DNA of 64,000 bases, from NCBI GenBank assembly GCA_965243255.1, contig CBDEUH010000004.1, positions 2,034,132-2,098,131 of the forward strand, written 5' to 3'. This DNA is from Dehalococcoidia bacterium. Lineage in GTDB: Bacteria > Chloroflexota > Dehalococcoidia > Lucifugimonadales > UBA3495. A program made the translations under genes and the position numbers. A model generated the notes under the pieces. That model was not told the DNA's origin and searched no databases. It saw only the letters and a program-made list of their open reading frames with translations. This document shows, one piece after another, positions 7,199-16,535 of this stretch (position 1 is its first letter; every line of letters starts with the position of its first letter).

Positions 7199-7557
7199 TC
7201 CAGCAACGCCAGTACGCGGTGCACAAACCTATGCACATACTGTGGATCCCGCTGTAACTGCAGCTCATCCATAAACAGATGGTAGAAGTTGGCGTGGAAC
7301 TTTTCCGCGACAGCGAAATCGGAACCCAGAGCACTATCGCCCTGTTCCGTCGCCAGCCTCTCTGCCGCAATTTTCAAGTCCCGGTGGCTGCCGTATTTCC
7401 AACCTCGCCGCTGAGCCACCGCGATGACGGCCTGGGACGCTGCCCCCCATAACTTCTCCGACCCTTGGGCCTCGTCGCCGGCGGCAAACTCCCGCTCGGA
7501 CGCGGCCAGGAACTCCAGGGCTGTCGCTGCGCGGCGCTGCTCAGTCATAGTAGTCAT
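7195..7557 (-). CDS. PaREP1-like small helical protein (HEPN-related fold)
   Basis: 120 aa. 'GSEKLWGAASQAVIAVAQRRGW' and 'AEKFHANFYH' match my recollection of the PaREP1/PaREP8 family pattern. Its 3' end overlaps the convergent aminotransferase gene by 4 nt. Confidence 0.5.
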   Translation of the reverse strand: MTTMTEQRRAATALEFLAASEREFAAGDEAQGSEKLWGAASQAVIAVAQRRGWKYGSHRDLKIAAERLATEQGDSALGSDFAVAEKFHANFYHLFMDELQLQRDPQYVHRFVHRVLALLD

Positions 7558-7650
7558 AATTTACTTTACCATGCCCTGGCTTGATTGACGGCAGGGGCAA
7601 GCTTCAAACCTGCCCCCGCTCGTCTCTGAACCTGTTGTGGCGTGCTGTTG

Positions 7651-9927
7651 CTACGCGCCTTCCAGGTTCTTCATGTGGTTCATCGCGCTGCCGGCGCGGA
7701 ACCAGGCGATCTGGGTGTCGTTGAGCGTGTGGCGCAGGTTTAGCGTCTCCTCGCTGCCGTCGGCGTGCTTCAGGATGGCTTGCACCGGGCGGCCCGGGGC
7801 CAGATCGTTCAGCCCGACCAGGCTCATCCGGTCGTCGTCCAGCACGCGTTCCCAGTCCGCCGGGTCCTCGAAGGTCAGCGGCAGCAGGCCCTGCTTCTTG
7901 AGGTTGGACTCGTGGATGCGGGCAAAGCTGCGGGTAATGATGGCCGCCGCGCCCAGCATCCGGGGCGACAGAGCGGCGTGCTCGCGGCTGGAACCCTCGC
8001 CGTAGTTCTCGTCGCCGATGGCCACCCAGCGGATGCCCTGGGCGCTGTAAGCGCGGGCGATCTCCGGGATGGGCATAATCTCCTCGCCGGAGAGTTGGTT
8101 CTTGCCGGTGCCCGTTTCGTCGGTGTAGGCGTTGTTGGCGGCCAGGAACATATTGTCGCTGAGGTTGTTCAGGTGGCCGCGGAACCGGAGCCAGGGGCCG
8201 GCCGGCGAAATGGAGTCCGTGGTGGTCTTGCCCTCGGTTTTAACCAGGATGGGAACGTCCTCGAAGTCGTTGCCGTCCCAGGGTTCCCAGGGCTGCAGCA
8301 CCTGGAGGCGGTTGCTCTCCGGGTCAACGCGCACTTCCACGTCGCTGCCGTCTTCCGGCGGATCCACATACAGATCGGCGCCGGGGTCAAAGCCGGTGGG
8401 GGGCACTTCCGGCGCTTCCGTCGGCGGCTGCAGCATGAACTCGTTGCCGTCGGCGTCCACCAGCGGGTCGGTGAGCGGGTTGAAGGACAGGCTGCCGCCC
8501 AGGCCCATGGCCACGGCCAGTTCGGGGCTGGCGATGAAGTTCATGGTGCCGGCGTTGCCGTCGTTGCGGCTGGGGAAGTTGCGGTTGTAGGAGGTTACGA
8601 TGCTGTTGTCGGTGCCGCGGGCTTCGGGGCGGTTCCACTGGCCGATGCAGGGGCCGCAGGCGTTGGCCAGCACCGTCGCGCCGATTTCCTCCAGCGCGGC
8701 CTGCTGTCCGTCCCGCTCGATGGTGGCGCGCACCTGCTCGGAGCCGGGCGTTACGAGCAGTCCTGACGCCGCCTTGACGCCACGGGCCGCCGCCTGCCGC
8801 GCCACGTCGGCGCAGCGTTCCATGTCTTCGTAGGAGGAGTTGGTGCAGCTGCCCACCAGGGCGACCGACACCCTTTCGGGGAACCCTTCGCGTTCGGTCT
8901 CGGCCTTCAGCGCGGAGATGGGGCGCGCCCGGTCCGGCGAGTGGGGGCCGGTAACGTGGGGTTCCAGCGTGGAAAGGTCAATCTCCACGATGCGGTCGTA
9001 GTACTGCTCCGGCTGCTGCTCAACCTCGGGGTCGGACTGCAGCAGGTGGAGGTATTCCTCGGCGATGGCAACCAGGTCGCCCCGGCCCGTGGCCCGCAGG
9101 TAGGTGGCCATTCGCTCGTCGTAGGGGAACACGTCGCCGGTTGCGCCCAGCTCGGCGCCCATGTTGCAGATGGTGCCCTTGCCGGTGGCGGAGATGGACG
9201 CCGCGCCCGGCCCGAAGTACTCGATGATGGAGTTGGTGCCGCCGGACACCGTAAGCTCAAGGGCCAGCTTGATGATGACGTCCTTGGGCGCCGTCCAGCC
9301 GCTCATGGCGCCGGTGAGTTTGACGCCGATGATTTGGGGATAGCGCACTTCCCAGGGCAGTCCGGCCATCACGTCCGCCGCGTCCGCGCCGCCCACGCCG
9401 ATGGCCAGCGAACCCAGGCCGCCGCCGTTGACCGTGTGCGAGTCAGTACCGATAATCAACGCGCCGGGGTAGGCGTACTTTTCCAGCACAACCTGATGGA
9501 CGATGCCGGAGCCGGGCTTCCAGAACCCCATGCCGTAGCGTCGGCTGGCCGATTCCAGGAACTGATAGACCTCGTTGCTCTCGTTGAGGGCGTCCTGGAG
9601 GTCGGAGGACGCGCCCACTCGCGCCTGGATCAGGTGGTCGCAGTGCACGGTGGTGGGCACGGCGACGCGGTCGCGCCCGGACTGCATGAACTGCAGGATG
9701 GCCATCTGGCCGGTAACGTCCTGGTGGGCCACGCGGTCGGGCCGCAGGTTGATGTAGCTGTCGCCGGGGCGCAGGTCGGCGTCGGCGACGTCGTCCAGGT
9801 GGGAGAGCAGCAGCTTTTCGGACATCGTCAGCGGGCGATTCAGCCGGGCCCGCACCTGGGTCAGCTTTTCATCCATCTTGCGATAGGTTTCGCGCACGAA
9901 TGCCGGCGTGGAGTCAATGTTACTCAT
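7651..9927 (-). CDS. acn: aconitate hydratase (mitochondrial-type, ~750 aa)
   Basis: 'IGTDSHT', 'VGSCTNSSYED', 'NACGPCIGQW' and 'SYNRNFPSRNDG' are Fe-S ligand and active-site motifs. GAGGAGG RBS. Confidence 0.92.
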   Translation of the reverse strand: MSNIDSTPAFVRETYRKMDEKLTQVRARLNRPLTMSEKLLLSHLDDVADADLRPGDSYINLRPDRVAHQDVTGQMAILQFMQSGRDRVAVPTTVHCDHLIQARVGASSDLQDALNESNEVYQFLESASRRYGMGFWKPGSGIVHQVVLEKYAYPGALIIGTDSHTVNGGGLGSLAIGVGGADAADVMAGLPWEVRYPQIIGVKLTGAMSGWTAPKDVIIKLALELTVSGGTNSIIEYFGPGAASISATGKGTICNMGAELGATGDVFPYDERMATYLRATGRGDLVAIAEEYLHLLQSDPEVEQQPEQYYDRIVEIDLSTLEPHVTGPHSPDRARPISALKAETEREGFPERVSVALVGSCTNSSYEDMERCADVARQAAARGVKAASGLLVTPGSEQVRATIERDGQQAALEEIGATVLANACGPCIGQWNRPEARGTDNSIVTSYNRNFPSRNDGNAGTMNFIASPELAVAMGLGGSLSFNPLTDPLVDADGNEFMLQPPTEAPEVPPTGFDPGADLYVDPPEDGSDVEVRVDPESNRLQVLQPWEPWDGNDFEDVPILVKTEGKTTTDSISPAGPWLRFRGHLNNLSDNMFLAANNAYTDETGTGKNQLSGEEIMPIPEIARAYSAQGIRWVAIGDENYGEGSSREHAALSPRMLGAAAIITRSFARIHESNLKKQGLLPLTFEDPADWERVLDDDRMSLVGLNDLAPGRPVQAILKHADGSEETLNLRHTLNDTQIAWFRAGSAMNHMKNLEGA

Positions 9928-9942
9928 GTGATTCGCTCCTCC

Positions 9943-10770
9943 TCAGAAGGTAACTGTGCTTCCGTACTTGTCCATCAGCGCCAGGAACAGTTGGTGGCGC
10001 AACGGATTGGCCGCGGCGTTTTCAGAGCGGCGCAGGTAGATTCGATAGACCGTTTCCAGTTGATCGTCCCCCATCCAGATACCGTAGCTGGGCATACCGT
10101 TGCCCAGGGTCCGATGGGTGAACTCCAACCGGCGAACGCGGCTCAGCTGCAGGGCGATTCGGCCATCCCCGTCGGTGGTGAGGACGGCGATACCGCCCTC
10201 AGCGTCGGGTTTTCCGCTGCCGTCCACAAACTCCAGGTCGTCCAGGGTCGCCGGAATGGACACGGTCGCGGCGGCGTTATGCACCATAACCACGGCCTCG
10301 CCCAGCCCGATAGCTGCCTTTCCCATGCCGGACCGACAATCGGACAACAGGTTCCGCAGCAGGTCGATATCCGGCGGCAGCCCGGGGGTATGCAGCGCGG
10401 CCAGCGGGGCAGCGCTGGCCGGCAGGTTGTCTTCGATGACCTGGGCCACGTTGTCGGGAATGGGCGCGAAGTTCACCCGTCCGCGGCGGGTTACGGTGGC
10501 TTCTCCGCAGATGGAGCCGTAAAGCAATTTCTCGCCGGACCAACGGCGCGCCACGTCGAATCTTGGCCCATAGGTGCAGCCCAGGATGCAACCCGCGGTG
10601 GTAATCTGCACCTGGCCCAGGTCATCAGCGCTGACCGCATCCTTGAATTGATGCAGGATCGCGTCGGCGTTGCGTCCCCGGTGATACCAGCGCCCGCAAC
10701 CGTACTCGTCGGTGCAAACGACGATGTTCAGGTCAGGGCGTGGGGCGGGCGGGCTATCTGTGGAAGTCAT
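9943..10770 (-). CDS. hypothetical protein: thioredoxin-like [2Fe-2S]-type Cys pattern plus unknown C-terminal domain
   Basis: 275 aa from ATG 10770. The Arg/Pro/Ser-rich listed extension is rejected. N-terminal 'VVCTDEYGCG' and 'AGCILGC' give a Cx5C..Cx3C pattern. The stop lies inside the aconitase RBS region. Confidence 0.45.
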   Translation of the reverse strand: MTSTDSPPAPRPDLNIVVCTDEYGCGRWYHRGRNADAILHQFKDAVSADDLGQVQITTAGCILGCTYGPRFDVARRWSGEKLLYGSICGEATVTRRGRVNFAPIPDNVAQVIEDNLPASAAPLAALHTPGLPPDIDLLRNLLSDCRSGMGKAAIGLGEAVVMVHNAAATVSIPATLDDLEFVDGSGKPDAEGGIAVLTTDGDGRIALQLSRVRRLEFTHRTLGNGMPSYGIWMGDDQLETVYRIYLRRSENAAANPLRHQLFLALMDKYGSTVTF

Positions 10771-10912
10771 TGGGCTGTATGGTGGGCCGACGGGCGGGAT
10801 GGGATAAAACGTCCGCCCGGCTGCTGAGCGCCGGGCGGAAGGATGTTGACACTGTCGCTGCGCTGCCGGCCGCTCGAACTGCCGAGGCGGACGGCGCGCG
10901 TCCGGCGCGGGA

Positions 10913-11155
10913 CTACTTGTCGAAGTAGTCGTAGTTGATCTTGATGTACTCCTCATACATCGCCGGCACCGCTTCCTCGGCGAAGATAGCCGTCACCGGG
11001 CACACCGGCTCGCAGGCGGCGCAGTCGATGCATTCATCCGGGCTGATGAAGTACATGTCGTCATCGTCGGTGGTGTAAATGCAATCTACCGGGCAGACGT
11101 CAACGCACGCGGCATCTTTGACGCCGACGCACGGCTCGGTGATGATGTAGGTCAT
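10913..11155 (-). CDS. ferredoxin (4Fe-4S/3Fe-4S, FdxA-like)
   Basis: 80 aa. 'CVDVCPVDC' and 'CIDCAACEPVCP' are cluster-binding motifs. Confidence 0.9.
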   Translation of the reverse strand: MTYIITEPCVGVKDAACVDVCPVDCIYTTDDDDMYFISPDECIDCAACEPVCPVTAIFAEEAVPAMYEEYIKINYDYFDK

Positions 11156-11255
11156 GGCGGCTTTCCCCTCGGTTGGATGTGGTCTTTTGCGTTCGTTGCT
11201 GAACTTGTTTCAGGGCGGCAAAAGCGAACTGCGCGCCACCCCAAGCGGCGCACAG

Positions 11256-11264
11256 ATTATAGCA
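11256..11264 (-). promoter_or_regulatory. extended -10 promoter for the ferredoxin gene
   Basis: The minus strand reads TGcTATAAT, about 95 nt upstream of ATG 11155. Confidence 0.4.
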
Positions 11265-11298
11265 CGGCCCACCGTCAATGCAACCGGATTGCCGGGCA

Positions 11299-11733
11299 TT
11301 ACACCCTGGTGAACCGCTTCTTGGTGGAAAGGGTGACGAAGGTCTGGGTCTTCTGCACCCCGTCGATGACGCCGATGCGCGTGCGCAGGAAATCCCCCAG
11401 GCTTTCGGCAGACTCCAGCGCCGTCCACACGAATACGTCGTAGGGCCCGGTGGCTACTACGACGTAGTGGGCTTCGTCCAGGTCGGCGATGGACTCGGCC
11501 ACGGAGTCGGACTTGCCGGGGCCGGTTTCCAGGCCGATCAGGGCCGTGGTTCCGTAGCCCATCTTCTCCAGGTTGGGCACGGCCACCACGTGGACGATGT
11601 CGTCCTTGATGAGGCGGCGCAGCCGGCGCCGCACGGTGCCCTCGCTGACGCCCACGGCCCGGGCGATTTTAGCGTTGGACGCCCGCCCGTCGGCCTGGAG
11701 GATGCCAATTATCTTGAGGTCAAGTTCGTCCAT
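11299..11733 (-). CDS. Lrp/AsnC family transcriptional regulator
   Basis: 144 aa from ATG 11733. 'LDLKIIGILQADGRASNAKIARAVGVSEGTVRRRLRRL' is the HTH, followed by an AsnC-type ligand domain. Confidence 0.88.
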   Translation of the reverse strand: MDELDLKIIGILQADGRASNAKIARAVGVSEGTVRRRLRRLIKDDIVHVVAVPNLEKMGYGTTALIGLETGPGKSDSVAESIADLDEAHYVVVATGPYDVFVWTALESAESLGDFLRTRIGVIDGVQKTQTFVTLSTKKRFTRV

Positions 11734-11851
11734 TGCTTTGGTTGACTCCGTGGGTAAATCCGCCCGACTTTTCTTATTGTCATACCAGCGCCGGCAGGAA
11801 TCCAATCCAGCGTGATTCCCGGGCTAGTCAGGCGCAAATTGCTGACGGTTG

Positions 11852-11880
11852 ATGATATTCGCTGCACTGCCGATTGTCAA
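11852..11880 (-). promoter_or_regulatory. sigma70-type promoter of the Lrp/AsnC gene
   Basis: On the minus strand: TTGACA (11880-11875), 17 nt, TATCAT (11857-11852), in an AT-rich spacer. Confidence 0.55.
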
Positions 11881-11980
11881 TTATCAATGCCCTTGAATTG
11901 CCATAATTCGTTTAATCTGCGACGGATTCCCCGTCAATAACCGCATCTATACGCATCATATACGTAAAAAGCTGCCGCGG

Positions 11981-12955
11981 TCAGCCCAGGCTCAGCGCGC
12001 TGACTCCGCCCACTATCATCACAATGGAAATACCCTTCACCGCCAGCGCCCGGGGCGTGAGCGATTCGTCCAGCAGCTGCCACCGCACCCTGGATAGTAT
12101 CGTTGACGCGACGAACACGAACAGGGGCCGCGTCGCCAGCACCGCCGCCACCAGCGACGCCGGCCCCAGGCTGTAGGCGTACACCGACAGCAGGATGGAC
12201 AACGCCGGCATCAGCGACTCGCCGAAGATCAGCATGCCCAGCACCGCCGGTTCCTTCACCGCCCCGACCAGCCGCGCCACGCACTCTCGGCCGCCGGACA
12301 AGCCCACCGCGACGAAAACCACTCCCACCGTGGCCTGCTGCACTCCGAAAACCGTCAGCACGGACAGATCCGCGTTGAGCGCGGCCTTGGCCACCACGAA
12401 GCTGCCGGCGGCGCACAGCGCGCTCAACAGCAGTATCGCCGGCCCATAGATGGCCGAGCGGTCGCCCAGGGTCAGCGCCGCCGTGCTGGGTACGCTGACT
12501 CCCGTGCCTGAGCCGATGCGTCCGTAGGGACGTTCCTGATACAGCCGCACCGAAATCAGCACCGCGCCGGCCACCACCAGCCCGATGCCACCCCACTGCT
12601 CCAGCGAGATGCGCTCGCCCAGAAACAGTAGGGCCAGGATGGCCACGTAGATGGGATTGGTCTGGGCGATGGCCACGGCGCGGGATGCTTCCATCAGGCG
12701 CAGTCCGCGGAACAGCAGGACCACCGACGCGCCCATCAGCAGGCCAGCCCACACCGGCGACGTTGCCACCGGCCAGGATACGCCGACGGGGAGACCCACC
12801 GCCAGGGTAACCACAATGCCGTACAGCACACCGCAGATGCCGCACCACAGGCATAGCGGCGCCACGCCGCCCAGATGAAAGGAGAGCAGCCGCTTGTCGC
12901 AAACGCTGACAAAGCAAAACGCCAGCGAACTCCCCAGCGCAAATAACGCCCACAT
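11981..12955 (-). CDS. EamA/DMT superfamily transporter
   Basis: 324 aa, about 10 hydrophobic segments, and the duplicated-half architecture typical of EamA. Confidence 0.7.
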   Translation of the reverse strand: MWALFALGSSLAFCFVSVCDKRLLSFHLGGVAPLCLWCGICGVLYGIVVTLAVGLPVGVSWPVATSPVWAGLLMGASVVLLFRGLRLMEASRAVAIAQTNPIYVAILALLFLGERISLEQWGGIGLVVAGAVLISVRLYQERPYGRIGSGTGVSVPSTAALTLGDRSAIYGPAILLLSALCAAGSFVVAKAALNADLSVLTVFGVQQATVGVVFVAVGLSGGRECVARLVGAVKEPAVLGMLIFGESLMPALSILLSVYAYSLGPASLVAAVLATRPLFVFVASTILSRVRWQLLDESLTPRALAVKGISIVMIVGGVSALSLG

Positions 12956-12998
12956 ACCAATCAGACTATCAGCCTAGGCGCTATTCGCAAAGTACGTC

Positions 12999-13018
12999 AT
13001 TCCCGCGCCGGCGGGAAT
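12999..13018 (-). terminator. GC hairpin downstream of the HicB-like gene (putative terminator, REP-like)
   Basis: ATTCCCGC-gccg-GCGGGAAT, 8-bp stem. No clear U-tract. Confidence 0.3.
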
Positions 13019-13046
13019 CCAGGGGCCGGTGCGATGGAGTCCTTTA

Positions 13047-13223
13047 CTACGACAGCCGGAATAGAATCTCGGCATCCGAAGCGACCTCGAAGAACAGTTC
13101 CACCGCCTCTTTCAGATTGGCCCGAGCCTCCGCCACAGTATCCCCCTGGCTGGCGATGTCGAGCTCCGGACAGAGAGCGACATAGCCATCGCCCTCGCGC
13201 TCAATGACTGCGGTGAGTTGCAT
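13047..13223 (-). CDS. HicB-like antitoxin family protein (UPF0150), no adjacent HicA
   Basis: 58 aa from ATG 13223. 'AVIEREGDGYVALCPELDIASQGDTVAEARANLKEAVELF' matches the HicB N-terminal fold pattern. Confidence 0.55.
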   Translation of the reverse strand: MQLTAVIEREGDGYVALCPELDIASQGDTVAEARANLKEAVELFFEVASDAEILFRLS

Positions 13224-13282
13224 CGTTTCATCCTCCAGAGAATGGCTCCCGCTGGCCAACCCTTTCCCGTTTGGGAACAGAG

Positions 13283-14893
13283 CTACCCCTCAAAGGGGGT
13301 TGGCATCATGCCTACCGGGACCTCGATGAGCGCGGGGGCGTCGGCGGCGATGGCTATGCGCAGGGCTTCGGCCAGAGCTTCGGGGCCTTCGGCACGCATG
13401 CCGCGTACGCCGTAGGCTTCGGCCAGCTTCACGAAGTCGGGGTTGTGCAGCTCGGCGCCCGTAACCCGACCGTCGAAGCGGTTCACCTGGTCGCGCAGCA
13501 CGTTGCCGTAGGCGTTGTCGTTGAATACCACCGCGATGGCGTTGATGCCATGCTGCACCGCCGTGGCCAGCTCCTGGGAGTTGAACAGGAACCCGCCGTC
13601 GCCGCACAGCGCCACCACCGGACGGTCCGGCTGCGCCACCTTGGCTCCCAGCGCCGTGGGGTAGGCGTAGCCCAGGTTGCCCGAATAGCTGGACGTGATG
13701 AACGTCCGCGGCTCGTAGGTCGGCCAGAAGGCCCGCGCGTAGTACCCAAGCTGCGTCATGCCCGACACCAGAATGCCGTCCTCCGGCACCGCCGAGCGCA
13801 CCGCCGCCAGCAGCGACTCCTGGGGCTCGGGGCGCAATGCAGTCTCCTTGCGACGCTGCCGCAGCGCCACCACCTCGTCGGCCATGGACGGACGCGAACC
13901 CATTTGGATGCTATCGGCGAGTTTGGCGTCAACCTGCTCCATCACCGTGCGCGCGTCGCCGGCCACGCCGTAGGTGTTATCCCAGTTGCGGCCCAGCTCG
14001 TCCGGGTCGATGTCAATCTGCACCACCCGTTGCCCGTCCAGCCAGGCGGGAAAGGCCATCCGGCTGCCCACGCCCAGGATGACGTCGAAGTTCGGCTCGG
14101 ACTTGGCCACCGGGTCGTTGCGCAGGCGGAGGGCGCCCAAGGCCAGCGGATGCCGGTCGTCGATGGCGCCCTTGCCCTCGGCGGTGGTGATGACCGGCGC
14201 CTGCAGACGCTCGGCGAGCCGCACCAGGGCCGCCGAACCTTCGGATGCAATCACGCCGCCGCCGGCCCAGATGAGGGGACGCTGGGCTCCGGCCAGGATG
14301 CGCGCCGCCTCCGCCACCTGCTCGTCCGACGCCGCCGGGCGGGGGTAGCCCTCGGCCTCCAGCAGCGTAACCGTGCCCTGGTCGGCCATGGTCTCCGGCG
14401 GCATCTCGATTTCCACCGGCCGGGGGCGGCCCGTGGTCAGCTGCCGGAACGCTTCGTGCACCGCCGCCGGCGCTTCTTCGGTGGTCATAATCCGCCGCAC
14501 GTGCTTGGTGATGGGGCGGATGGTGTCCTGCTGGTCGTTCACCTCGTGCAGCATCCCCCGGTCCACGCCGATGAGGTCGCGCTCAATCTGGCCGCACACC
14601 ACCAGCACCGGCGACGATGCCGAGTACGCCGTGCTCAATCCTGCCGACGCGTTGAGCAGGCCCGGCCCCGGCACCATCAGCGCCGTGCCCACGCCGCCGC
14701 TGGCCCGGGCGTAGCCGTCGGCCATGTAGGTCGTCGCCTGCTCGTGGCGGGTGGTGATGAACCGGATGCCCGGCACGTCGTTCAGCGCGTCCAGCGCGTG
14801 ATACAGCTGCACGCCCGGCAGGCCGAAAATCACCCGCACGCCCTCCCGGTACAACGAACGCATCAAGGCCTGGCCGCCGGTCATCGTGGGCAT
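13283..14893 (-). CDS. thiamine diphosphate-dependent enzyme (acetolactate synthase-like)
   Basis: 536 aa from ATG 14893 with an AGGAGA RBS. 'GGQALMRSLYREGVRVIFGLPG' is the N-terminal PYR domain. 'CGDGGFLFNSQELATAV..NDNAYG' is the ThDP-binding motif. Confidence 0.82.
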   Translation of the reverse strand: MPTMTGGQALMRSLYREGVRVIFGLPGVQLYHALDALNDVPGIRFITTRHEQATTYMADGYARASGGVGTALMVPGPGLLNASAGLSTAYSASSPVLVVCGQIERDLIGVDRGMLHEVNDQQDTIRPITKHVRRIMTTEEAPAAVHEAFRQLTTGRPRPVEIEMPPETMADQGTVTLLEAEGYPRPAASDEQVAEAARILAGAQRPLIWAGGGVIASEGSAALVRLAERLQAPVITTAEGKGAIDDRHPLALGALRLRNDPVAKSEPNFDVILGVGSRMAFPAWLDGQRVVQIDIDPDELGRNWDNTYGVAGDARTVMEQVDAKLADSIQMGSRPSMADEVVALRQRRKETALRPEPQESLLAAVRSAVPEDGILVSGMTQLGYYARAFWPTYEPRTFITSSYSGNLGYAYPTALGAKVAQPDRPVVALCGDGGFLFNSQELATAVQHGINAIAVVFNDNAYGNVLRDQVNRFDGRVTGAELHNPDFVKLAEAYGVRGMRAEGPEALAEALRIAIAADAPALIEVPVGMMPTPFEG

Positions 14894-15117
14894 AACACAC
14901 TCTCCTGAAAGGTAGTTCAGTGATTCCGCCCGCCGAGCGGCGGGCCAAACTACCATAGCACACCGCTCCGGGACTGTCATTGCGGGGTTGTAGTCGTCGC
15001 TGGTGAGGACTTCCCGCTGACCAACGACGCCACGCCAGGAATCCCCCTGGATAAACTACGAACCCCTATCTCCTGCCAACTCAAACTCTGAGCGGGCTGA
15101 CCTGCCTCGGCGCATGG

Positions 15118-16158
15118 TCACCGCAATGGCGGCGCGTAAATCAGGCCGCCGCTGCTCCACAGGTTATTGATGCCTCTCGGGAGCGTGAAAACGTCGCCCT
15201 GGGGGCCAAGATAGCGGTCATAAATCTCTCCGTAGTTGCCCACGGCCTGGATAACCGCAACGGCAAAGTCCTGCTCCAATCCCAACTCAGCCTGGCCGAA
15301 GCTCCCTTCCACGCCCAGCATCCGACGGACGGCGATATCGTCGCTGCCCGTCATTGCGGCGACGTTGGCCTGCGTCACTCCCAGCTCTTCGGCGTTGATC
15401 AGCACGTACATTACGGTTCTGACCAACGTTGCCCAGCGTTCATCGCCCCAGGGTGTCATGGGCGCCAGCGGCTCCTTGGAGATGGTGTCCGGCAAGATAA
15501 CGTGCGCCGACGGGTCATCGAAACCGCTGCGCACCGCCGCCAGCTGCGACTTGTCTATGGTTGCCGCGTCGCACTCACCCCGTTCGTAGGCGCTGTAGGT
15601 CACGGTGGCGTCCTGATGGCGGAAAGTTTCCAACTCCATGCTGTTCTGCCTGAAGTAATCCTCCAGGTTTCCCTCGGTGCCCGTGCCGGCAATGACGCAC
15701 ACGGTCTTGCCATCCAGGTCATCGACGCTGTCAAACCCCAGGCCCCGGTGCACCATGAATCCTTGTCCGTCGTAGAACATAGTCACAGTAAAGTTGCCCC
15801 ATTGCGCCTCGCGGCCGGACGTCCAGGTGGTGGTGCGCGAGACCATGTCCACCTCTCCCGACCGGAGCAGATCTTCACGCTCCGCGTAGGCGATATGGCG
15901 GATGTTCAGCGCCTCGGAGTTCCCGAATATGGCCGCGGCCACTGCGCGACACAGGTCAACGTCAAACCCCACGATGCGACCATCCTCGTCCAGATAGCCG
16001 AATCCGGGAATATCAGTCTGGGTGGCACATTCGACTTTGCCCCGGGACCTCACGTCGGCCAGGCGGTCGGCCCCTTTATCGCCGTTGCACGCGACGGCGG
16101 CCAGGAACAGGACGGCAACGACGCCCAGCAGCATGGCCAGGCGCGTTACTTGGTACAT
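15118..16158 (-). CDS. amino-acid ABC transporter substrate-binding lipoprotein (family 3, AapJ-like)
   Basis: Lipobox 'LAAVAC'. 'GKVECATQTDIPGFGYLDEDGRIVGFDVDLCRAVA' is typical of polar amino-acid binding proteins. Confidence 0.75.
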   Translation of the reverse strand: MYQVTRLAMLLGVVAVLFLAAVACNGDKGADRLADVRSRGKVECATQTDIPGFGYLDEDGRIVGFDVDLCRAVAAAIFGNSEALNIRHIAYAEREDLLRSGEVDMVSRTTTWTSGREAQWGNFTVTMFYDGQGFMVHRGLGFDSVDDLDGKTVCVIAGTGTEGNLEDYFRQNSMELETFRHQDATVTYSAYERGECDAATIDKSQLAAVRSGFDDPSAHVILPDTISKEPLAPMTPWGDERWATLVRTVMYVLINAEELGVTQANVAAMTGSDDIAVRRMLGVEGSFGQAELGLEQDFAVAVIQAVGNYGEIYDRYLGPQGDVFTLPRGINNLWSSGGLIYAPPLR

Positions 16159-16172
16159 GGCCCGTAGCCGCC

Positions 16173-16493
16173 CTACGCTCCGGGCGGGCGGTAGTTGACG
16201 GTTTTGTTGACCGCGGCGTCGATTTCTTCCGGCGTAATCAGCTGCACCGTGCTGATGCTCAGCGCGCCGCCGGCGGTGATGACCAGGGAGACTGCGGCGG
16301 CGGTGGTAGCGTCGGGCAAGTCGAACACCATGTACAGGTCTGCGCCGCCGAAGGCATAGTAAAACGACTCCAACGCCCCGCCCTGCTCTTTGGCCAGGTT
16401 CTCGAAAACCTGCCGCCGCGAGCTGCCGCCTTCTTTCAGCAGGCCCTGCATTCCCGATGAGGTGTAGTTCGCCTGGTATAGATACTTGGGCAT
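16173..16493 (-). CDS. GYD domain protein
   Basis: 106 aa. 'MPKYLYQANYTSSGMQGLLKEGGSSR..ESFYYAFGGADLYMVFDLPD' follows the GYD family pattern. Confidence 0.7.
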   Translation of the reverse strand: MPKYLYQANYTSSGMQGLLKEGGSSRRQVFENLAKEQGGALESFYYAFGGADLYMVFDLPDATTAAAVSLVITAGGALSISTVQLITPEEIDAAVNKTVNYRPPGA

Positions 16494-16535
16494 GATGCGG
16501 GCTCCTGGAATGTATGAAAGTGCAGCCGGGGTTGA

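Noticed and set aside
8941-10827. Very long antisense ORFs (e.g. 8941-10827, 13271-14908, 22498-24075, 50848-53025, 54604-56037, 57360-58820, 60853-62412)
   Set aside because: They lie opposite genes with clear family motifs and translate to Arg/Gly/Ala/Pro/His-rich low-complexity sequence without RBS. These are classic shadow ORFs of GC-rich DNA.
13224-13282. A hicA toxin gene next to the HicB-like gene
   Set aside because: The flanking gaps of 59 and 90 nt contain no ORF of adequate length.
14894-15117. TPP riboswitch or other riboswitch in the 224-nt spacer upstream of the ThDP enzyme gene
   Set aside because: A nested hairpin exists (GGTAGTT..AACTACC around CCCGCC..GGCGGG), but I could not find the conserved THI-box elements (CUGAGA, ACCUGAUCUGGAUAAUGCCAGCG-like). 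A ThDP-using enzyme is also not an expected riboswitch target.
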